A stretch of DNA of 32,000 nt from the NCBI GenBank assembly GCA_028700115.1, contig JAQVTI010000007.1:7690-39689 (forward strand). The letters are read 5' to 3'. Under the pieces are notes generated by a model. It did not search any database and was not told the DNA's origin. It was given only the letters and a program-made list of their open reading frames with translations. Origin of the DNA: Candidatus Iainarchaeum sp. (GTDB lineage Archaea > Iainarchaeota > Iainarchaeia > Iainarchaeales > CSSED10-239). Position numbers and translations under genes: made by a program. The number at the start of each line of letters is the position of its first letter. Within the stretch, counting starts at the first letter, position 1. Positions 26,188-32,000 of this stretch are shown in pieces.

Positions 26188-26404
26188 CTTTTGTAGAATT
26201 GAAACAAAAGTGGAAGAAGATTTATTTGGTTTTGATAATGCTAAAAGAAAGGAATTGATAATGTTTTTAGATGCTCAAAATATCGAAAATGTAAATATAA
26301 ACAGTAAATTTTTTAAAAAAGTCAGAGAAGAATTAAAAGATTTAGTTTTATTTTTTGAAGAGTTAAAAGAAGAAAAGGAGAGTGAAAAGGATGCAGGACT
26401 TTAA
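26123..26404 (+). CDS. hypothetical Cys-rich small protein
   Basis: 93 aa. The N-terminus is CNHCQNKVNCLYYQENNFC. It overlaps both neighbours (65 nt and 23 nt). Confidence 0.4.
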   Translation: MNLKYCNHCQNKVNCLYYQENNFCRIETKVEEDLFGFDNAKRKELIMFLDAQNIENVNINSKFFKKVREELKDLVLFFEELKEEKESEKDAGL

Positions 26405-26744
26405 GAAATTAAGAGTGTGGCAGTTGAGCCGTGAGTTTGTTTCAGACATCTACAAGATAACAGCAAACTTTCCAAACCACGAACTCCATTCAATGGTAAA
26501 CCAGTTACGAAGAGCATCATACTCAATCCCTTCAAATATTGCTGAAGGCTGTGGAAAAGAAAGTCAAAAGGAGTTTAAAAGATATTTGAATATAGCACAA
26601 GGATCAATTAAAGAAGTAGAATGTTTTTTAATACTTACAAACGACTTGAACTATATCTCAGAAGAACAATTTAACGAAATAAATAAAAAGTTAGAAATAA
26701 TTGGAAAAATTAATTATAATTTAATTAAAAAAATTAATAATTAA
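26382..26744 (+). CDS. four-helix-bundle protein (23S rRNA intervening-sequence protein / Avd-like family)
   Basis: 120 aa. FKKLRVWQLSREFVSDIYKIT..FP..E..SMVNQLRRASYSIPSNIAEGCGK.S.KEFKRYLNIAQGSIKEVECFL is the hallmark pattern of this family. The 5' half is noticeably more GC-rich than its surroundings. Confidence 0.85.
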   Translation: MKRMQDFKKLRVWQLSREFVSDIYKITANFPNHELHSMVNQLRRASYSIPSNIAEGCGKESQKEFKRYLNIAQGSIKEVECFLILTNDLNYISEEQFNEINKKLEIIGKINYNLIKKINN

Positions 26745-26774
26745 AATAATAATCAGAATAAAAAAAATAAAAAA

Positions 26775-26799
26775 ATAAGATTTATCAATTAAATCTTAT
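26775..26799. terminator. hairpin between convergent genes
   Basis: ATAAGATTTA-TCAAT-TAAATCTTAT forms a 10-bp stem. It lies just after the four-helix-bundle gene and overlaps the stop of the convergent 353-aa gene. A-run and T-run flanks are present. Confidence 0.35.
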
Positions 26800-27846
26800 C
26801 TTATCAGTTACTTTTGCAATATAATCAGTAACATATCCTTCTTTTATCCTTATCTCTATAGCGTACTCTCTATCTTCAAAATCTGCATCACTATAACAGA
26901 CACTACTAAATTTAACTTCATAAGCATTATTTGCTAATATACCATCTAAAGTATAATCAGTTTGATCTACTTCTCTACAAATCACTTCATCTCCATCTCT
27001 AATATAGATATCAAAATAAGGATCTAAAATATCTATCCCATCTCCAGAGGTTATTTTTAATTTAATAAAATTTAATGAACAATAATCACTATATGTTGTA
27101 CAACGGGTATCATAATCCACTATATCTAATGTAATGTCATATCCTTTTTCAGCTTTTTCTAATAACTTAGCATATTCTGAAATAGCACTCTGTGCCCATA
27201 CAATTCTTTCATCTACATCATAATCAAATTTTTCTTTAAATAACTGCTTATCATCCAAAGAATATGAATTTAATCTTGCTAATTCTATATTCAGTATAGA
27301 ATTAATTTCAATTATTTTTTCAGCTATTTTTGCTAAATTACTTGAAGGAATTGTATATAATTCAGCCATAAGTGGATTTACAATTATTCTAAAATCAGTT
27401 CTATCAGAATTAAATTGAATCCATTTCTGTTCAATTAAAACATCATATTCAGAAGATAATTTAGTTATATTATTATTCATATCTGCTAATTTTAATTTTA
27501 ATATATCATAATTAACTTCTGTCATATCTGAAGCAGTAGAGAATTGTAAATCAGCAATTAAAAATTGTTTGTATTCTTTAGTATCTTCTTTATTTTGTTT
27601 CACACACCTATTTTTAGCATCAACTAGCTTACATTCGTAAAAGTTAGGACAACCATCTTCAACACAATTTTTACTTAATTTAACTGGATTTGTTACTTCT
27701 TCATTAGTTAATTCTGTAGAATTTAAATTAGTATCCATTTTAGTGACATTTTGGTTGTTAAATAAAACCAAAAACACACCTATTACAACAATTGCTAGAA
27801 TACCTATACCTACATATATCCATAAATTACTTTTATTTTTCGCCAT
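26785..27846 (-). CDS. membrane-anchored, Cys-containing extracytoplasmic protein of unknown function
   Basis: 353 aa. A single N-terminal TM segment (LWIYVGIGILAIVVIGVFLVLF) is followed by a Cys cluster (CVEDGCPNFYECKLVDAKNRC), a helical middle and a Cys-containing beta-rich C-terminus. It is co-oriented with res, 56 nt downstream of it. Confidence 0.55.
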   Translation of the reverse strand: MAKNKSNLWIYVGIGILAIVVIGVFLVLFNNQNVTKMDTNLNSTELTNEEVTNPVKLSKNCVEDGCPNFYECKLVDAKNRCVKQNKEDTKEYKQFLIADLQFSTASDMTEVNYDILKLKLADMNNNITKLSSEYDVLIEQKWIQFNSDRTDFRIIVNPLMAELYTIPSSNLAKIAEKIIEINSILNIELARLNSYSLDDKQLFKEKFDYDVDERIVWAQSAISEYAKLLEKAEKGYDITLDIVDYDTRCTTYSDYCSLNFIKLKITSGDGIDILDPYFDIYIRDGDEVICREVDQTDYTLDGILANNAYEVKFSSVCYSDADFEDREYAIEIRIKEGYVTDYIAKVTDKIRFN

Positions 27847-27902
27847 ATAATTTCCTCCTTAATTATTTATTAATAATTTGCACTAGAAATAAATAACTTA
27901 AT

Positions 27903-30167
27903 TTATAACTCTTTTATTTTACACAATATACTTTCTATATTTCTATTATGCACTAAAAAGAAATGAAGTTTACCTTTACCTAATTGTTCCCACACTTTTG
28001 AAATCTTTTCTTTATACTCTGTGTCTTCATTACTTACTCTATCTTCACCTTTCCATTCTAATGATAAAATATTACCTTTAGTTGTTAATGCAACGAAATC
28101 AGGATAAAATTTATTTTTTTTATAACCTTGTAAATAGAATGGATCTTTTTTTTCTCTATTTCTTATCCAAAACTTTATATTTGGTAATGAATCTAAATCT
28201 AATCTACTAATAAAATTAAGTTCTTCTTTGTTAAGTTTATCAATTTTTTCATAATAACTTTTGTTAAATTCTTGAGGAAGTTCCTCTGTTAAAGTTATAG
28301 TTTCAGAAAATTTATCAAATTTTTCTACTTTTATTTTACTATCCATTATTAATTTATTAAATTGTTTTTCTGTATAGTCTGTTAAAATATTATTAATTAC
28401 TTTATCTAATTCAGATAATAAAACATATCTATTAACTGATAAATCCTGAATGGTATACCCTTTAATTTCATCAATTGTTTTTTCTAAAAACTTAACTTTA
28501 TCGTCTTTATCAATCATTGTAAATTTCAGTTTTTTATCCAGCCATAATATTAATTCTTTTTTAGATAAATTTTTGTCTTTAAAAGTTAATTTTAATATTT
28601 GTTGAGCTCCTTTTATCCATTTATCTCCTTCTTTAATGTCTAAAATTGCCCTACCATCATTATCAACATTTATAGTAAAATTAAAATTGAATTTTTGTTT
28701 ATGCAATTCAAAATTATCTCCAATTAAATCTTCAAAAGTAAGCTCTTCGTTATTATAAGCCATTAATGGAACTGCAAAATCTTCCTTAACTTTTCTATCT
28801 ACATCAAATTCATATTTTTGTTTTCCCCCAATAGAACTAATTAAATCGAACTTACTATAACCATTATTTTCTAATCCTTTTATAATTTGTGACGTTGCTT
28901 CATTGAAATTCTTAGCAGATGCAAACACATAACTTCTATTTAATGCTTCATTGTTTTTCTTTTTTGCATAAGGCATCCTCATTATTCTTCCTATAATCTG
29001 TTCTACAGCTATTTTTGAACCAATATTTGCAACAGAAATTAAAATGTATGCAAAGGAACAATCCCAACCTTCAGCCAAAGCATTAACTGTTATAATATAC
29101 CTTATTTTACAAGAATTACTAAATAAATTAATTCCATCTAAATCATTATTTTTAGAAGTTTTTATTGCAATTTCATCTTCAGATATCTTCTTTTCTTTAA
29201 TTAAAAATTCTTTTATCTTACCAACAGTTATCTTATTGTCATCTTCTTTTTCTTGTTCAGCTTGTAAAAGAACTATTGGTCTAATCTGTTCTTTTTCTTT
29301 CTTAGATATAGCCTCTAATTCTTGTCTTCTTAATATTCCTTGAGAAATTGCGTTTTGCCATTGAGTATGACTTTCTAATACTAAAGGTAACTTAACCATT
29401 TCTTCTTCTTTAAGTTCAGATGAATGTATTTCAACTAAAATATTACTCTCTGCTCTTGGTGTTGCGGTATATTCAATAACAAAACAAGGATTTAATTCTT
29501 TTAAAAATGTGATAGATAATTCTGTTTTTGTTTTGTGTCCTTCATCAATAACTATTAAAGGATTACTTAATCTAATTACATTTGCTAAAGATTTAATTAC
29601 ACCAGATTCATCTTTTTCTAAATAATCCAAATCACTAATATTTTCAAAATGATTTAATAAAGCTCCATTTTCTTTATATACTTTATATTTGTTTTGTAAA
29701 GTTTTTTCTTTTCTAAATGCTTCAAGACTAGAAATAATTATACAAATATTATCTTCAACATCCTCTTTTCTTATTCTTAGTGCTTCTTCATTAGAAAATA
29801 TTTTTACATTATTATCAAAATAATCATCTAATATTTTTCTATGAATATCATTTCTATTTTTGAATTTATTGAGAGTTTGTGTTTTAATTGCTTCAGATGG
29901 AACAAACCACATTACAATTCCTTTTTCCATTTTTTCTCTTAAATAAATATTAAAAATAGAACTAATTGAACTACAACCTACTAATGTTTTTCCACCACCT
30001 GTAGGTATTTTTATACAAATAAAAGGAATCTCTTTACCAAAAAAATCTTCTTTATATAAATTATCTTGTATTGAAATAAATGCATGCTTTGGTCCAAATT
30101 TATTAGTTTCAGATAAATACAAATTGATTTTATCTAAAGTTTTAGTTTGATATTTTTTAAATTCCAT
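27903..30167 (-). CDS. res: Type III restriction enzyme, Res subunit (SF2 helicase plus PD-ExK nuclease)
   Basis: 754 aa. Motifs: PTGGGKT (motif I), VIDEGHK (motif II), YTATPR (motif III), QIIGRIMRMP (motif VI). The C-terminal YPDFVAL...LSLEWKG is a PD...ExK nuclease motif. The ATG abuts the mod stop (TGAATG). Confidence 0.85.
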   Translation of the reverse strand: MEFKKYQTKTLDKINLYLSETNKFGPKHAFISIQDNLYKEDFFGKEIPFICIKIPTGGGKTLVGCSSISSIFNIYLREKMEKGIVMWFVPSEAIKTQTLNKFKNRNDIHRKILDDYFDNNVKIFSNEEALRIRKEDVEDNICIIISSLEAFRKEKTLQNKYKVYKENGALLNHFENISDLDYLEKDESGVIKSLANVIRLSNPLIVIDEGHKTKTELSITFLKELNPCFVIEYTATPRAESNILVEIHSSELKEEEMVKLPLVLESHTQWQNAISQGILRRQELEAISKKEKEQIRPIVLLQAEQEKEDDNKITVGKIKEFLIKEKKISEDEIAIKTSKNNDLDGINLFSNSCKIRYIITVNALAEGWDCSFAYILISVANIGSKIAVEQIIGRIMRMPYAKKKNNEALNRSYVFASAKNFNEATSQIIKGLENNGYSKFDLISSIGGKQKYEFDVDRKVKEDFAVPLMAYNNEELTFEDLIGDNFELHKQKFNFNFTINVDNDGRAILDIKEGDKWIKGAQQILKLTFKDKNLSKKELILWLDKKLKFTMIDKDDKVKFLEKTIDEIKGYTIQDLSVNRYVLLSELDKVINNILTDYTEKQFNKLIMDSKIKVEKFDKFSETITLTEELPQEFNKSYYEKIDKLNKEELNFISRLDLDSLPNIKFWIRNREKKDPFYLQGYKKNKFYPDFVALTTKGNILSLEWKGEDRVSNEDTEYKEKISKVWEQLGKGKLHFFLVHNRNIESILCKIKEL

Positions 30168-31709
30168 TCAATACACCTTTATTTCATATGGTATTTGTTT
30201 AAATTTTATATTATTTTTTATTAGAATATTTTCATCAATTAAACATTTGTCAGCATAAATTATTTTTTTATTTTTATTCAAATTAATATTTCTTAAAAAA
30301 TCTTTTGTTAAGACATTCTTTCCTTTATCTTTAAACAATAAATAATATTCTGTATCGTTATAATTACCAATATAATTTTTATTAATCAATTTTTTATCTA
30401 AATTTGTATTTGATTCAATAAAGTAAATATATGTTGCCAATTGTTCAAAACTACATTCTTCATCAATTTGCCCATATTCATTAAATAATGGCTTATCAAG
30501 TTCACAATATTCAAAACCAGCTTTATAATCATATTTTTGTATTGCTCTTTTAATTCTCTCGACGGTAACTTCTTTGACTACTTTATCTTCCATTTCAACT
30601 AAAATAAACTTTCTATTTCCATTGTCTTCTTTATTTAAATCTAAAACTGCGTGACCAGTAGTTCCAGAACCTGCGAAGGAGTCTAAAACAATGCCGTCTT
30701 TATATTCAGAAAATTTTAAAAGATATTTTACTAAATCTACTGGTTTTGGATTATCAAAAACCCTTTCTCCAAAAAATTCTCCGACATCAACATTTGCCCT
30801 TTTTGCCGTTCCTTTATTTCTGATTATGGAAGAGATATAAACGGGTTTTACTTCATTCACAAAAACTTTTAACCTTGGAACATTATCGCCATTTGAACCC
30901 CAATAAATTTTTTTATCTTTAATTAATCTAAGCATTTCATCTTTATCATATTTCCATTCTCTCTTCCAAACTTTTCCAGTTGGAGAAGTTAATTCAAAAT
31001 ATTTCTCGCTATTTTTATTTGATTTTTCTTCTCTCGTTGAAACATTACCTGAAATCCAATCTCCTCGGGGGTCATTGTCTGCATTTTCAGTTTTATTGAT
31101 TATGTCGGGCAATTCTTCAATTTTTCTAAATCTTGTAGAATATTTGTCTTTATACAAGACTAAAATATATTCGTGGTCGGTTCTATACCTATGAACTATT
31201 TTCAATTTGCCCTCGTTAGAAGTTACTTTTTCCCAAATCATTAAATCTACATTTTCATTTCCAAATAATTCTTTAGAAAGTAGCATTAAATTATCTAATT
31301 CATTATCATCAATACTAATAAAGATTACACCATCTTCAGTTAATAAATCTTTTAATAATTTTAATCGCGGGTACATCATACAAAGCCATTTATCGTGTCT
31401 GCATAAATCTTCAGAATCCCTACCAACCACTTTTCCTAACCATTTCTTTATTTTAGGAGAATTTACTTTATCATTATACACCCAATTTTCATTTCCAGTA
31501 TTATATGGAGGATCTATATAGATACATTTAATTTTACCCATATAATATGGCATTAAAGCTTTAAGTGCCTCTAGATTATCTCCGTGAATAATTAAATTCT
31601 GAGAATTATTACCGACAGAATGAACTTTAACCTTTTTAAGAAGCCTAAAAGGAACTTCTTTATCGTGATTAACAACAGATTCTTTCCCTATCCAGTTTAA
31701 AGTAGGCAT
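30168..31709 (-). CDS. mod: Type III R-M DNA methyltransferase, Mod subunit (beta-class N6A/N4C MTase)
   Basis: 513 aa. IYIDPPYN (motif IV) near the N-terminus precedes DSFAGSGTTGHAV (motif I). This order is typical of Type III Mod. Confidence 0.85.
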   Translation of the reverse strand: MPTLNWIGKESVVNHDKEVPFRLLKKVKVHSVGNNSQNLIIHGDNLEALKALMPYYMGKIKCIYIDPPYNTGNENWVYNDKVNSPKIKKWLGKVVGRDSEDLCRHDKWLCMMYPRLKLLKDLLTEDGVIFISIDDNELDNLMLLSKELFGNENVDLMIWEKVTSNEGKLKIVHRYRTDHEYILVLYKDKYSTRFRKIEELPDIINKTENADNDPRGDWISGNVSTREEKSNKNSEKYFELTSPTGKVWKREWKYDKDEMLRLIKDKKIYWGSNGDNVPRLKVFVNEVKPVYISSIIRNKGTAKRANVDVGEFFGERVFDNPKPVDLVKYLLKFSEYKDGIVLDSFAGSGTTGHAVLDLNKEDNGNRKFILVEMEDKVVKEVTVERIKRAIQKYDYKAGFEYCELDKPLFNEYGQIDEECSFEQLATYIYFIESNTNLDKKLINKNYIGNYNDTEYYLLFKDKGKNVLTKDFLRNINLNKNKKIIYADKCLIDENILIKNNIKFKQIPYEIKVY

Positions 31710-31767
31710 AATTCTTTCATTCCTATAAAATTTACTATATATTATAGTATAAAAAAGATTTTAAATT

Positions 31768-31820
31768 GGTCACATTATCGTCATTTAAAGGTCGTCAGAT
31801 TAGATATACATTTTGTGACC
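31768..31820. promoter_or_regulatory. inverted repeat GGTCACA-N39-TGTGACC between divergent mod and wHTH genes
   Basis: GGTCACA lies at 31768-31774 and TGTGACC at 31814-31820. The direct repeat TCGTCA occurs at 31778-31783 and 31792-31797, around TTTAAAG. These GC-containing words stand out in AT-rich spacer DNA. Confidence 0.35.
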
Positions 31821-31830
31821 AAATATATTT

Positions 31831-32000
31831 ATGAGTAAAGAATTAATTTCATTTGTTCTTGCAGGAAAAAACCGAATAAATGTTTTATTAACACTTTCAG
31901 AAAACACATTAACCCCTGCTCAAATTCTTAAAAAAGCTAATTATACATATTTAACACACATTATTAGAACCTTAAAAGAACTCAGTAAAGTAGAATTAAT
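31831..32000 (+). CDS. winged-helix transcriptional regulator (ArsR/MarR-like), partial, continues past the window
   Basis: Manual translation from ATG 31831 gives MSKELISFVLAGKNRINVLLTLSENTLTPAQILKKANYTYLTHIIRTLKELSKVELI. This is the typical wHTH pattern (R..IL..L....T..EI......s...v...L..L). It is open to the window end. Confidence 0.5.
   Translation, partial: MSKELISFVLAGKNRINVLLTLSENTLTPAQILKKANYTYLTHIIRTLKELSKVEL

Larger units (their letters stand above)
21301..32000. mobile_element. integrated element (provirus or integrative plasmid), left junction at the tRNA-Ser fragment, right end beyond the window
   Basis: It starts at the tRNA 3'-half junction. It has a compact overlapping gene layout and strong GAGGTG/AGGAGGTGATC ribosome-binding sites. 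Content is replication-type P-loop protein, Type III R-M, four-helix-bundle protein and many ORFans. Several stretches are visibly less AT-rich than the flanking host DNA. Confidence 0.6.

Noticed and set aside
26382-27846. Diversity-generating retroelement (Avd-like gene next to a possible target protein C-terminus)
   Set aside because: The window has no reverse transcriptase ORF, and I could not spot a template/variable repeat pair. An Avd-family protein alone is insufficient. The rest of the contig should still be checked.
29044-29343. Track ORF, 99 aa, plus strand
   Set aside because: It is antisense inside res, whose helicase motifs validate the minus frame.
31207-31521. Track ORF, 104 aa, plus strand
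   Set aside because: It is antisense inside mod, whose DPPY and FxGSGTT motifs validate the minus frame.
1-32000. Alternative genetic code or stop-codon recoding
   Set aside because: All conserved genes (fen, ftsZ, thrS, dys, res, mod) are full-length and uninterrupted under the standard code, and all three stop codons terminate ORFs at sensible positions.

Overview
Very AT-rich archaeal chromosome fragment. The 16S sequence and gene content suggest a small-genome, DPANN-like lineage, but that assignment is inference. No searches were run; every call rests on motifs read by eye from the sequence and the ORF track. Structured RNA genes stand out as GC-rich islands.

Positions 1-21.3 kb are core genome. 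A minus-strand rRNA-operon segment reads tRNA-Glu, eL41, a 5-copy tandem repeat, 16S and the start of the spacer tRNA. Then come eL40, FEN-1, tRNA-Gly, an M50 site-2 protease and a thioredoxin-CcdA fusion. A tight minus-strand operon follows: deoxyhypusine synthase, PLP decarboxylase, two tandem protein-kinase-like paralogs, agmatinase. After it come a Nudix protein with a degenerate catalytic box, a DEDDh exonuclease, FtsZ, SRP RNA, a bacterial-type ThrRS, an APC permease, tRNA-Leu and a DUF333-Kazal secreted protein.

At 21301-21356 an orphan 3' half of tRNA-Ser(GCU) marks the junction with an integrated element of at least 10.7 kb that runs off the right edge. The element carries:
- an unrecognisable 3-gene cassette whose last, RHH-like ORF reads through the att site
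- a divergent control region studded with TTACTAAT motifs
- a replication-type module with a DUF3631-like P-loop protein and a Zn ribbon
- Cys-rich small proteins
- an Avd-like four-helix-bundle protein
- a membrane-anchored Cys-rich protein
- a complete Type III R-M system and a wHTH gene

Best candidates for something undescribed:
1. the kinase-like pair embedded in the hypusine/polyamine operon
2. the 305-aa/334-aa/RHH cassette at the element end
3. the mod-res-membrane protein trio with the adjacent four-helix-bundle gene
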